Below the pieces are notes generated by a model. That model did not search any database, was not told where the DNA came from, and was given only the letters and a program-made list of their open reading frames with translations. A DNA stretch of 64,000 nt from Deltaproteobacteria bacterium. GTDB taxonomy: Bacteria; Myxococcota; Kuafuiibacteriia; Kuafuiibacteriales; Kuafuiibacteriaceae. A program made the translations under genes and the position numbers. Shown piece after piece: positions 51,174 to 60,989 of this stretch (its first letter is position 1; every line of letters begins with the position of its first letter). The stretch spans positions 376,850-440,849 of the forward strand of contig JAVJQW010000019.1 of NCBI GenBank assembly GCA_040218735.1. The letters are read 5' to 3'.

Positions 51174-51730
51174 ATTCTTTCCGATCTGAAGCCCAAGAGT
51201 AAACGCGCGAGCGCCTTGTAGCCACGGTGTGCGCGCACCCGCGCGGCCCCCTCGTTGATGCCTAGGATCTCTGCGACTTCTGCCATCGGCCGCCCTTCGA
51301 GTTTGTGTAGGCGGACGACCTCCCGTGACGCCGGCGGCAGCTGTTCGACCGCTTCGCGCACCGCCGCGATGACCTCCTTTTCGTCCTCCTCGGACCAGTC
51401 GATCAGGGGCTTCTCGTCGGGGATCCTCTGCGCCGCCTCGTCGTCGAGCGTGCGCTCCTTCGAGACACGCGACCTCAGGTAGTCCAACGCCACGTTGCGG
51501 GCGATCGTCATCACCCACGGGAGCACCGGCGCGCCGCGGCGATAACGCTCGCGCGACTTGTGGAGCTTCATCAGGGTGTTCTGCAGGGCGTCGTCGACCT
51601 TGTCGTCGGTCCGGAGCCAGCGGCGCAGGCTCCCCCGGAGGGGGACCTGGAGCTGGGTGAACAAGGCGTCGAACGCGGCGGCATCGCCGTCGACGTAACG
51701 TTCCATCAGCTCTTCGAGATCGGCGGACAT
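51170..51730 (-). CDS. RNA polymerase sigma-70 factor, ECF subfamily (SigF-like)
   Basis: LMERYVDGDAAAFDALF; DDALQNTLMKLH; PWVMTIARN; LP...REVV.L.KLEG...AEVA..LG....ARVRAHRGY. Confidence 0.93.
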   Translation of the reverse strand: MSADLEELMERYVDGDAAAFDALFTQLQVPLRGSLRRWLRTDDKVDDALQNTLMKLHKSRERYRRGAPVLPWVMTIARNVALDYLRSRVSKERTLDDEAAQRIPDEKPLIDWSEEDEKEVIAAVREAVEQLPPASREVVRLHKLEGRPMAEVAEILGINEGAARVRAHRGYKALARLLLGFRSERM

Positions 51731-51769
51731 GCCGGGGCCGGGTGAGCGTCTCGCCCGCGCCCTACGACG

Positions 51770-54073
51770 TCAAGTCGAGCGGGCGGCTTCGGTGTGCGAG
51801 CGACGCAGCGAGGAGAACAACGACTTCGGCCGGCGGAGGAACCGGATGTGGTACGTGATCGCGTTCTTGCCCTCGCCGAGGATGACCGTCGCGATGTCGG
51901 TCGGCTCGAGGCGCAGGCACGAGTAACGGCGCCCCTCGGACAGCTCGTTGAACATCACGGTGACCTTGCCGCGCATCAGGTGCCCACCGGCATCCTGCGG
52001 GAAGACGAGGTCGACCGTGCGATCCGGATTGATACGCAGCAGGCGCAGACCGAGGTGTGCACGGCCCGGGGCCACGGCGCCCTGCGGCGTCCGGTGCCCG
52101 AGGATGTACTGCTCGTTGCCCTTGCGGAGGACGGCGATGTCGACCAGGCGGCTCTTCGTGCGCGCGGAGATCTCCACGCCGTCGAACGCGGTGCGTGGCG
52201 CCGGTTGGGACGGATCGAAGTCGTCGATCCGGCTCTTCGGACGCACCACCGGCGAAGCCCGGCGCGCGGGGCGCGAGGTCTTCGGCAGCGGCGGCGGCGA
52301 GGACGGCGCGTGCTTCGAGATCCGCGGACCGCGCTCGGCGTTCGGCGCGGCGCCTTCCACGAGCACCTTCGGGTACGGCTTCGACTTGACGAGGTCTTCG
52401 CGGTCGCTGCTGTTCGTCCAGACGTCGTCGTAGAACGACGACTCGCCGGCCATCGACCCGTCCGGGTTCAGCGCCTGGTGCTCGCCGGGTGTCGGCGTGA
52501 GCAGGCGGGCCTCGTGGACCATCTTCTTCGGCGGCTCCGCCGGGCTCGGGGCGGGCGTCGGCGGGTTCGTGTGGATCGGCGGACGCTCGCGGTCGACGAT
52601 CGGTGCACGCGTGCGGGCCACGATGCTCGGGAGCCGCGGCTCCATGAGGATCGGGATCTCGCGGTCCATCAGCTCCGTCTCGGGGCCGTCATCGAGCGCC
52701 TTCGCGGCGGTGATCGCGGCGAGCTCCTGCTCGTCGGCCTTCGCGGTGCGCGGCTGGTCGTCGTCCGCGTTCTGCGCGGCGAGGCGCGCGGCTTCGATCG
52801 CGAGCGGGTCGTTCGCGTCTGCGGCCTCGGTCGGATCCTCTTCGATGATCTTCGGCGTCGGCGTGACGATCACCGCGCCGTCGAGCGCGAGCCGCGACGC
52901 GAGGTCACGCGCGAACTCCCGCGTGCTCATCTTTGGCTGGCCGGGGAGGCTGCTGTCCTCGACGATGCTGCTGCGCGGGATCGCAGCGCTCGGCGCGGGT
53001 GTGGCCTTCGACTGGTAACCGTCCTGCCGCCACGGCACGGACGACGCCTGACGCTCGTTCCCGTAGCGGGCGTCGAGCGAGGCGATCAGATCGTCGAGGT
53101 CCTTGAGCCGCGCTTCGACCTCGGGGTCGAGACCGGCGCTGTCGCTGTCCGGTCGGAGGGAGACCTCCTTCGCGGCGAGCATCGTCGAGTCCTGGTCGAG
53201 CGGGCTCTTCGGGCGGATGTTGTGCGGCTCGACGGAGAGCTTCGCCATCGCTCCGGCGCCCTTCGGCAGACCGGAGTGCGTGCGCGCGCGCTTCGGCGCT
53301 TCGGCGCGGGTCGACGCGCGCTTCGGTGCCTCGGCCTTCGTCGCCGGGTGCTTCGGGAGCTCGACCGCCTGCGTGCGCGGGCGTCGCGTCCGCTCCGGGA
53401 GGACCTGCGGCTTCACCTGCACCGAGTCGTCGTTCGCGGTGGCTTCGGTGTGGCTGTCGTCGAGCGGGCTGCTCGGGCGACACGAGCGTGTCTCGACCTT
53501 CGCGCCCTTCGGGCGCTCCTCGCCGGTCTGGCGGCGGAGGGCTTCCGCGTACAGCGCGTTGTCGAGCTCGTCCGAGACGAGGTCCACGACGACCTCGTCG
53601 GTGCCGCCGGTGCGGTCGGCTTCGAGGATCGCGTCGACCTTCGTGGTGCGGTCGGCGGCCGCGTCGTCCATCGGCGCGAGCGGCGCGGCGCGGAGCGTGC
53701 GGACCTTGAGGGTGTAGACACCGATGCAGAGGCCGTCCGTGGCGCGGACCGGCTCGCGTTTGTAGACGCGCTCGCGGTTGATGAAGGTGCCGTTGCCGCT
53801 GCCGAGGTCTTCGACGAAGACCTGGCTGTCGACGAGGACGAGCTGGCAGTGGCGGCGCGAGATCTTCTCGCCGTCGAGGCGGACCCCCGCGCCCTGGTGG
53901 CGACCGACGACGATCGGCTCGGCGCCGTCGAACATCAGCGAACCGAGGAAGCGGTCCGCGCGGAACACGAAGATCTGGATCCCCGCCTCGTCCGCACCCG
54001 TGATCCGCGACGGAGGACGAACCTCGCGCCGAGCTCGGCGAATCGAACGAGTGGCGATCGATTGACTACGCAT
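51770..54073 (-). CDS. FHA domain protein with long disordered linker and C-terminal GltG/PglI-N-like beta domain
   Basis: VVGRH...ISRRHCQL...EDLGSGNGTFIN; C-terminal VEIS....LVDI...YILG...LVFP....G...L..TD.ATV.LG...ITYHIRF..P. Start uncertain. Confidence 0.75.
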   Translation of the reverse strand: MRSQSIATRSIRRARREVRPPSRITGADEAGIQIFVFRADRFLGSLMFDGAEPIVVGRHQGAGVRLDGEKISRRHCQLVLVDSQVFVEDLGSGNGTFINRERVYKREPVRATDGLCIGVYTLKVRTLRAAPLAPMDDAAADRTTKVDAILEADRTGGTDEVVVDLVSDELDNALYAEALRRQTGEERPKGAKVETRSCRPSSPLDDSHTEATANDDSVQVKPQVLPERTRRPRTQAVELPKHPATKAEAPKRASTRAEAPKRARTHSGLPKGAGAMAKLSVEPHNIRPKSPLDQDSTMLAAKEVSLRPDSDSAGLDPEVEARLKDLDDLIASLDARYGNERQASSVPWRQDGYQSKATPAPSAAIPRSSIVEDSSLPGQPKMSTREFARDLASRLALDGAVIVTPTPKIIEEDPTEAADANDPLAIEAARLAAQNADDDQPRTAKADEQELAAITAAKALDDGPETELMDREIPILMEPRLPSIVARTRAPIVDRERPPIHTNPPTPAPSPAEPPKKMVHEARLLTPTPGEHQALNPDGSMAGESSFYDDVWTNSSDREDLVKSKPYPKVLVEGAAPNAERGPRISKHAPSSPPPLPKTSRPARRASPVVRPKSRIDDFDPSQPAPRTAFDGVEISARTKSRLVDIAVLRKGNEQYILGHRTPQGAVAPGRAHLGLRLLRINPDRTVDLVFPQDAGGHLMRGKVTVMFNELSEGRRYSCLRLEPTDIATVILGEGKNAITYHIRFLRRPKSLFSSLRRSHTEAARST

Positions 54074-54191
54074 CCAGGTCCCGCACAGCCCTTATCGGTG
54101 TGATGTAGGCGATGGTGCGTGAATGTCGCTTTTTGGGGGGATCCCGAGAGGAGGTCTTCCGGTTCCAGATCTGGAATGATGAGCCGCCGCG

Positions 54192-55124
54192 ATGTCCGAG
54201 AACCTGGCCAAACCTGAAGCCGTCGCGACCGAATGGCTCCTGCAGCCGGTGGGGCGTCCACTGCTCGTATTCGCCCATCAGGACGACGAAACCGTCGTCG
54301 CGGGCTCGATTCGCCGCATCCTGCGCGAGGACGGCGCCCGACCCACATTCCTGTGGTGGACGAACGGCGACGGCCTCGCCCCCGGCTCCGGGATGCACCC
54401 CGACGCCTACGCGCGGATGCGCATGGACGAAGCCACGGCGTCCGTCGTCGCGTTGGGTGGCGACCCGAGCGCGAAGGTCGACCTCGCGACCTCCGAGATC
54501 GAGAACTACCGCCGCCTCACCCACGTCGCCGCCGGGGGCACGCTGGGCGCGCGCGCCGTCGACTACTTCCTCGCCGAAGCGGAGCGCGTCGAAGCCGCAG
54601 TGCGTCACGCGGATCCCGACCGCGTCTTCCTCCTCGCGTGGCAGGGCGGGCACCCCGAGCACGACCTCGTCCACCTCATGACGGTCCGCGCCATACGCAA
54701 GCTTCGCCTCGAGACGGGCCGGCCGATCCCGATCGTCCACTGCCCCGCGTACGAGTACGTCATCGCCTGCGCGCTGCGCTTCAAGCCGTGGTTTCGTGGC
54801 GACGTCCGCCGGGTCGAGCTCGACGACGACCAGCGCGAGGCGAAGCGCCGCAGCTTCGAGGCGTACGTCAGTCAGCGCGGGTTGTTCGAGCACTTCGAGC
54901 GGGTCGTGCGGACGCTCGGCGGGGTGAGTCGCCTGGTGGGGCGGCCGTTCACGGTCGAGGACTACCTCGCGACGGAGGTGTTCGGCGTGGTGGAGCCCGA
55001 CCACGACTACACGGCCTCGTCGCACCGGTTCGAGCGGCTCAACTACATGCTCGACGACTTCGAAGGGATCCCGATCCGCTTCGACCGCATGATTCGCCCG
55101 CTGGCGCGCGAGCTGTTGGGGTAG
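54192..55124 (+). CDS. PIG-L family deacetylase
   Basis: VFAHQDDE; TNGD; R..EA; GGHPEHD; AYVSQ. Confidence 0.88.
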   Translation: MSENLAKPEAVATEWLLQPVGRPLLVFAHQDDETVVAGSIRRILREDGARPTFLWWTNGDGLAPGSGMHPDAYARMRMDEATASVVALGGDPSAKVDLATSEIENYRRLTHVAAGGTLGARAVDYFLAEAERVEAAVRHADPDRVFLLAWQGGHPEHDLVHLMTVRAIRKLRLETGRPIPIVHCPAYEYVIACALRFKPWFRGDVRRVELDDDQREAKRRSFEAYVSQRGLFEHFERVVRTLGGVSRLVGRPFTVEDYLATEVFGVVEPDHDYTASSHRFERLNYMLDDFEGIPIRFDRMIRPLARELLG

Positions 55125-55134
55125 GCTCCTCGGC

Positions 55135-55548
55135 ATGGGTGTGAAGATGAGCGCCGAGTACGTCGGCGAGCTGCACTGCGTTCTGCACCACGGGCCCTCG
55201 GGCGCCTCGTTCGAGACGGACGCGCCGGTCGACAACGCCGGCCGCGGCGAGCAGTTCTCGCCGACCGACCTCGTGGGCGCCGCGCTGCTGTCGTGTGCGC
55301 TGACCACGATGGCGATCTGGGCGGCGAAGGAGGACATCCCGTTCGGCCCGGCGAGCGGCAAGGTCGAGAAGGAGATCGCCCCCGGGATGCCGCGGCGGAT
55401 CGGCCGGCTCACGGTCCAGATCACGATGCCGACGGGCCTGAACGCCGCGCAGCGCGCTCGGTTGGAGGAGATCGGGCGCACCTGCCCGGTGGCGCTGACG
55501 CTCTCGAAGGACGTCGATCTCCCCCTCGAGTTCGTCTACCCCGACTGA
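55135..55548 (+). CDS. OsmC/Ohr family protein
   Basis: TDAPVDNAGRGEQFSPTDL...L.SC..TTM; TCPV. Confidence 0.92.
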   Translation: MGVKMSAEYVGELHCVLHHGPSGASFETDAPVDNAGRGEQFSPTDLVGAALLSCALTTMAIWAAKEDIPFGPASGKVEKEIAPGMPRRIGRLTVQITMPTGLNAAQRARLEEIGRTCPVALTLSKDVDLPLEFVYPD

Positions 55549-55586
55549 ATCCACCGAAACCGCCGGCAGGCGAGTAAGATGATCCC

Positions 55587-58208
55587 ATGCGCCGGTGGCT
55601 GCTCTCGTTCGCGCTCCTCGGCGCGTGCGCCCAGCCCGGGGCGTCGGACGACGTCCCGCTTGACGACCCGCCGACCGAGCCCGTCGGGACGCCGCCTCCG
55701 CCGTCCGGCACCGCGCTCCCCACGCCCAAACCCGCGCGCTATTTCACGGCGACGGCTTCGCTGGAGGTGGTCGAGCGCTACGACGCCGCGTTCGGTGCGC
55801 CCGCGCCTCGGCGACTGACACCGCGCCGCGGGCGCGACTACGGACAAGGTGAGGGGCGCGTCTCCTTCGAGGGCACGACCCCGTCGGAGCACCTCGTCAT
55901 CGTGCGGTTCGTTCCGCTGGATTCGGGCGCCGGGAGCACGCTCTACGCGGTGTCGGCGCGCGGCGTCGCGCCGGACGCGCCGGTGCGCGTCGCCGACAAC
56001 GTGCGCGCGTTCCGGTCGGCGACGATCACCGATCGCGAGATCCTGTACGTCGCGGCGGGGGGCCTGTACGCCGCTGCGCTCGACGGGTCGGAGGCGTCGT
56101 CGCCGCGTCGCCTCTTCGTGGAGGAGGAGAACGCCGTCGTGGAGCGCGTTCAGATCGCTCGGCCCTACGTCGGTCTGCAGATCAAACGCATCGGCGACGT
56201 GATGACTTCGCTCGTCGTCGTTCGCCTCGATCCCACCGCGCCGGCGCCGTTCCCCATCGAGCTGCAGCACCGAGGTGCGGCGCTCCGCGGTGCGCTCCCC
56301 GACGGGCGGTTGCTGCTCTACAGCGAGGGGTGGTTCGGGTCCTACGATCCCGGCGAGAGCCCGGCGTTCACCGCTGCGACGTGGGGTGACTACGAGATCA
56401 AGAGCGTCCTCGACGAGGGGCCGACGCTCGTGACCTGGCGCGACCGCCGCGAGATCGGCCTGCTCCGCCTCGACGATCCCAACCCGGTCGTCCGCCGCCT
56501 GATCTTTCCGCTGGACGAAGAGGCCGTCGCGTTGTCGCAGAACGGCCGGCAGCTCTGGGGTCTGGCGTGGGGCAGCAGCGGCGTCGAGATCCGACACGCG
56601 GCGGTCGAGTCCGCGGTCGAGACCAACCTCGTCGGCGAGCTCAACTTCTCGTCCACGCCGCAGCTCGCGGTGTCGAGTGACGGTCGCTTCGCGGTCGTCT
56701 GCGATCGGTTCGAGCTGTGGAAGTACGCGCTGAACGAGCCGCCACGGCGCATCTCCCCGGACGCCTGTCTGGGTTATGGGCTCGCGGGGATCGTCGGGGG
56801 AGACGGCGCCGTCCTGTTGCTGAGCCCCAACGAGCTGCGCGTCGTGTCGCTCGAGGACGGGCGCACGGAGGAGAGCCCCGGCCCGACGGTGTTGCCGGTG
56901 GTGCTGAGGGACGCCGTGCTCGGGTTCGTCGAGACGCGCGCGGAGAGCACGATCTATCGAATGGAATCGGTCGACCGCGTCCGGCAGATGTTGCCGTGGC
57001 GGTCCGAGCCGTTCGAGAGGATCGTGGAGCTCGAAGACGACCTCCTCTACCGGCGCGGCGACGACTGGTTCGCGTTGTCGAAGGCCGACGGTGTGGAGCG
57101 CCGCGTCGCTGTCGATCGCCCCTACAGTCAGCTGCTCGGCGTGACGGACGGATACGTCGTCCTGGAAGAAGGTTCCCACGTGCGCTCCTTCCCGCTCGAC
57201 GGCTCGCGCTCCGACACCCCGACGCTCGACGTCGAAGAACCGACCCGCCACCTCGAGACCGCGATCGATCGAGGTCGAGTGATCTGGATTCGCTCGAATG
57301 GAATGGCGACCATGACCGTCGACGGCACCGACGAGCTCGGGAGCTACACGTCTTCGTACACGGTGCGCGACGGCGCCTACGACCCGGTCTCGGAGCGTGT
57401 GATCCTCGTGAGCGCGTTCAACCAGTCGACGCACGCCGTCGCCGTGTCGCTCGACGGTGACGACGTCCTCGAGCTCATCGACGGCTCCTCCGGGCGTGTC
57501 CCGGGCTGGCCGAGCGGGGTCCACGTCGTGGAGGGCGCGGCGCGTGTCGTGCTGACGGTCGAGCAGCCTGGTTCGGGCGGCGCGCTCCTGCCGAAAGTGT
57601 TGGCGTCGGTCCAGGTCGTCGACAACCCGCGGATCTTCACGGTCAGCGACACGGGGCAGCGCCTCTGGGCGGGGCCGCAGTCGCCGTACCTTTCGAACGG
57701 GACGCGCGCGGTGGTCACCGACACCAGCGCGACGTTCGTGGCGTCGCTGACCCAGACCAAGGACCTGCGATCGATCGTCACGAAGCCGCTCGCGCAGATC
57801 GGTCCGAACACCATCTCGCCGGACGGCCGGTGGCTGCTCGGCGCGGCCTCCGATGGTGTCTACGCCGCACGTACGGACGGCGCCGAGGAGCTGTTTCACA
57901 TCGCCGCCAACGCCTTCGCCGCGCGGTTCTCGCCGGCGAGCCTGATCGTGTTCGGGGTGCGCGGTGACGACGTGGACAGCGGCCTCTGGGTGCGCTCGGT
58001 GAGCGAGGACGAGCCGGTTCGCATCACGCCGCTCGGTTTCCCAGTCTCGGAGCTGCTCGACTCGGAGATCGACGGGAGCTTGGTCGTCAGCCGGTCGGGC
58101 GGCGACCGGAGCATCTTCTGGGTGCCGCACGACGGTGCGCGGCCCACCGCCGTGACTCCCATCGACGACGCCTACGAGGTGCTCGTCGAGAAGCTCACTT
58201 CGAACTGA
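55587..58208 (+). CDS. Large beta-propeller-like lipoprotein, function unknown
   Basis: Lipobox LGAC; YAAALDGSEASSPRRL, VSSDGRF, ISPDGRWL, YAARTDG motifs. Confidence 0.72.
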   Translation: MRRWLLSFALLGACAQPGASDDVPLDDPPTEPVGTPPPPSGTALPTPKPARYFTATASLEVVERYDAAFGAPAPRRLTPRRGRDYGQGEGRVSFEGTTPSEHLVIVRFVPLDSGAGSTLYAVSARGVAPDAPVRVADNVRAFRSATITDREILYVAAGGLYAAALDGSEASSPRRLFVEEENAVVERVQIARPYVGLQIKRIGDVMTSLVVVRLDPTAPAPFPIELQHRGAALRGALPDGRLLLYSEGWFGSYDPGESPAFTAATWGDYEIKSVLDEGPTLVTWRDRREIGLLRLDDPNPVVRRLIFPLDEEAVALSQNGRQLWGLAWGSSGVEIRHAAVESAVETNLVGELNFSSTPQLAVSSDGRFAVVCDRFELWKYALNEPPRRISPDACLGYGLAGIVGGDGAVLLLSPNELRVVSLEDGRTEESPGPTVLPVVLRDAVLGFVETRAESTIYRMESVDRVRQMLPWRSEPFERIVELEDDLLYRRGDDWFALSKADGVERRVAVDRPYSQLLGVTDGYVVLEEGSHVRSFPLDGSRSDTPTLDVEEPTRHLETAIDRGRVIWIRSNGMATMTVDGTDELGSYTSSYTVRDGAYDPVSERVILVSAFNQSTHAVAVSLDGDDVLELIDGSSGRVPGWPSGVHVVEGAARVVLTVEQPGSGGALLPKVLASVQVVDNPRIFTVSDTGQRLWAGPQSPYLSNGTRAVVTDTSATFVASLTQTKDLRSIVTKPLAQIGPNTISPDGRWLLGAASDGVYAARTDGAEELFHIAANAFAARFSPASLIVFGVRGDDVDSGLWVRSVSEDEPVRITPLGFPVSELLDSEIDGSLVVSRSGGDRSIFWVPHDGARPTAVTPIDDAYEVLVEKLTSN

Positions 58209-59175
58209 AGAAGTCGACGGCGACGTCCTGCAACGCGCGGTAGGCGTTAGTGCGGAACGTGAAGTGCCCGGTGCCGCCGAGCACGATGTAGCGTTTGGAG
58301 GCGGCGTTTTCGAGGTGCTCGAAGAGGCGGTGCGCGTGGGCGTCGAGTGAGGCGCGGTCGTTTTCGCCGCGGACGATCCAGGTGTGCGCGCGGATCTTCT
58401 TGGCGTCGTAGACGGGGGCGTCCGCGCCGTACAGGTCGCGGTAGGGGCCGTTCGGGAGGCGCAGCGTGTCGCCCTTGGTGAAGCGGAAGAGTGCGTCGAC
58501 GTGGGCTTCGAGGACACGTCGGTCTTCGCGGTTGGGGTCGTGGTAGTCGAAGAACAGCTGGCGTTTCTCGGTGCGCCACGCGCGGTCGGTGATGTGGCGT
58601 TTGGGCCAGCGGCGATCGTAGACCGGGGCGAAGAGGAGTAGCCGCTCCACGTCGTCGGGGTTCTGGCTTGCGTAGAGCGAAGCGACGACGCAGCCCCAGG
58701 ACCACCCGAACAACATCACGCGTTCGACGCCCGACTCGCGCTTCGCAAGTTGGATTGCGGCGCGCAGGTCGGGTTGTACGTCGGCGGCGCGGGAGACGGG
58801 TGCGTTCTTCTCGGCGGGGGCGTTCATCGCGGCGGGCATCGTGGAGCCGCCGTACCCGCGCATGTCGACGGCGTAGGTGTCGAACCCGGCGCGCGCGAGG
58901 CGGCGCATCATGGAGTAGTCGTCGACGGCAAGGTCCCAGGTCGCGCTCCCGGCGGAGCCGGCGCCGTGGGTGAACACGATTGCGCCGCGCTTGGGCTCCA
59001 GGCTGGCGATGGAGACGACGAACACCTCGACGCCGTCTTCGCTCGGGATGCGGCGCTCGACCCGACGGAGGACCTTGCCCATCAGCGGGGGGTGTTTCTT
59101 GATGGCGATCTTCGGCGTTTCGGGGGGCGGGCTCGACGCGCACCCTACGAGGAACAGGAGAGCGAGCGGTTTCAC
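58195..59175 (-). CDS. Alpha/beta hydrolase lipoprotein
   Basis: Start VKPLALLFLVGC (lipobox); FTHGAG; DMRGYGGS; nucleophile GWSWG; RGEND; GTGH. Confidence 0.9.
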   Translation of the reverse strand: MKPLALLFLVGCASSPPPETPKIAIKKHPPLMGKVLRRVERRIPSEDGVEVFVVSIASLEPKRGAIVFTHGAGSAGSATWDLAVDDYSMMRRLARAGFDTYAVDMRGYGGSTMPAAMNAPAEKNAPVSRAADVQPDLRAAIQLAKRESGVERVMLFGWSWGCVVASLYASQNPDDVERLLLFAPVYDRRWPKRHITDRAWRTEKRQLFFDYHDPNREDRRVLEAHVDALFRFTKGDTLRLPNGPYRDLYGADAPVYDAKKIRAHTWIVRGENDRASLDAHAHRLFEHLENAASKRYIVLGGTGHFTFRTNAYRALQDVAVDFFSSK

Positions 59176-59226
59176 CGGTCGACGATGGCACGGGATAGTT
59201 TGGGCGGGGTAGGGTGTTGATCGATC

Positions 59227-59940
59227 GTGAGCGAGACCGAGCGCAGTAGCCGGCTTTACCTCGTCGCGGCGGTGGTCGTGACGGTGGTGTGCTGGCAGTT
59301 CCACTACGGCCGGCTCGCGATGTACCCGTTCACGCTGCTCGCGACCTACGCCCACGAGATGGGGCACGGCCTCACGGCGATGGTCATGGGCGCGGACTTC
59401 ATGCGTCTCGAGATGCAGCCCGACGGATCGGGGGTCGCGCACTGGAGCGGCAACGTCGGTCGGATCGCGCGGGGGTTGATCGCGGCGGGGGGCCTGGTCG
59501 GCCCGTCGGTCGCGGGGGCTGTCCTGTTGGTCATCAGTCGAAACCACAAGCGCGCGAAGTGGATCCTATTGGCGCTGGGCGTGGCGATGTTGGTGACGCT
59601 CGTGGTGTGGGCCCGGGGGCTGTTCGCGCCGGCGTTCATCCTGGCGGCGGCGGCGGTGATCCTGGGGACGGCGCGGCTGTTCCCGGATCGTGGTGCGCCC
59701 CTTTTACTTCAGCTCATCGGTGCGCAGTTGTGCGTCGCAGTGTTTCGCGATGTCGGCTACATGTTCAGCGACAGCGCCGGACCCGGGAAGCTGTCCGACA
59801 GCGCCGCCATGGCAGACGCTCTGTTTTTACCGTATTGGTTCTGGGGCGCGTTGACGGCCACGTTCTCGTTTGCGGTGCTCGCCGCGGGCGTGTATGTCGC
59901 CACGAAACCCAGCCGGAAGAGGACTATCGAAAATGTATGA
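59227..59940 (+). CDS. M50 family (M50B-like) membrane metallopeptidase
   Basis: HEMGHG; GG..GP; SD.A.MA..L.LP..FWG; multiple TM segments. Confidence 0.9.
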   Translation: MSETERSSRLYLVAAVVVTVVCWQFHYGRLAMYPFTLLATYAHEMGHGLTAMVMGADFMRLEMQPDGSGVAHWSGNVGRIARGLIAAGGLVGPSVAGAVLLVISRNHKRAKWILLALGVAMLVTLVVWARGLFAPAFILAAAAVILGTARLFPDRGAPLLLQLIGAQLCVAVFRDVGYMFSDSAGPGKLSDSAAMADALFLPYWFWGALTATFSFAVLAAGVYVATKPSRKRTIENV

Positions 59941-60652
59941 ACACCAGACTCCTTACGGAATGAATCGCGGTCACGGCGCGGTGGCGGATCTTTCGCCGGC
60001 CGAGCGGACCGAGTTCATGCACAAGACCTATCAGCACCTGGCCGGCGCGATCATCGCGTTCATCGCGCTCGAAGGCGTGCTGCTCAACATCCCCGGCATC
60101 GAGAACCTGGTGTTCACGATGCTCGGCGGGCGCTTCTCTTGGATGATCGTGCTCGCGCTCTTCATGGGTGTGTCGCACGTCGCGAACAAGTGGGCGATGA
60201 GCGCCACGTCCTTCCACAAGCAGTACATGGGGCTCGCGCTGTACATCGTGGCGGAGGCGATCATCTTCGTCCCGCTGCTCTACATTGCGGCGAACTACGC
60301 CGGCGCCGACGTGATCCCGAAGGCGGCCCTCATCACGGGCGTCATCTTCGCGGGCCTCACGGCGACGGTGCTCCTGAGCAAGAAGGACTTCAGCTTCCTC
60401 GGCGGCATCCTGCGCGTGGCCGGCTTCGGCGCGCTCGGCATGATCGGCGCGTCGCTGATCTTCGGCTTCTCGCTCGGCTCCTGGTTCGCGGGCGCCATGG
60501 CCGTCTTCGCGGGCGGCGCGATCGTCTACGAGACGTCGAACATCCAGCACCACTACCGCCCCGGCCAGCACGTGGCCGCGGCCCTCGGCCTGTTCGCGAG
60601 CGTGGCGCTGCTGTTCTACTACATCCTCAGCCTGCTGATGTCGCGGGACTGA
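59933..60652 (+). CDS. Bax inhibitor-1/YccA family membrane protein
   Basis: ERTEFMHKTYQHL; KDFSFLG..L; YETSNI; AAALGLFASVALLFYYIL; about 7 TM segments; overlaps the M50 stop. Confidence 0.92.
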   Translation: MYEHQTPYGMNRGHGAVADLSPAERTEFMHKTYQHLAGAIIAFIALEGVLLNIPGIENLVFTMLGGRFSWMIVLALFMGVSHVANKWAMSATSFHKQYMGLALYIVAEAIIFVPLLYIAANYAGADVIPKAALITGVIFAGLTATVLLSKKDFSFLGGILRVAGFGALGMIGASLIFGFSLGSWFAGAMAVFAGGAIVYETSNIQHHYRPGQHVAAALGLFASVALLFYYILSLLMSRD

Positions 60653-60689
60653 GCCTTGGACAGCCACGTCATCTCCGCGTAGCCGCGTA

Positions 60690-60989
60690 TCAGATTGGAG
60701 CGTCTTCTCCGTGCCGCACGCTCCATAGGAGCAGGACTTGGACCTCGTCATCTGTGAAGCGGTAGTAGAGGTGAAACTTGGTCCGACGGAGCAGGACTCG
60801 ACGGACGCCGTCGATCGATGCTCGAGGCACCGAGCGACCTGCATTGGGGAGCGAAGCGATCGTCCTGAACGCGGCGGATAGTTCCCGCGTGAACAGGTTG
60901 CGCGCGCTTGGGCGGTTTTCGCGCCACCAGTCGTCGATTCTCTCGATCTCGGCAGCGGTATCGGAGGCGACGACGATCCGTCGTGTCAC
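60690..60989 (-). CDS. Type II TA toxin, RelE/ParE family
   Basis: 99 aa; A.AEIERID.WW...P.A...F..EL; P..GR; VRRVLL.RT.FHLYY; V.VL.LW... Confidence 0.85.
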   Translation of the reverse strand: MTRRIVVASDTAAEIERIDDWWRENRPSARNLFTRELSAAFRTIASLPNAGRSVPRASIDGVRRVLLRRTKFHLYYRFTDDEVQVLLLWSVRHGEDAPI

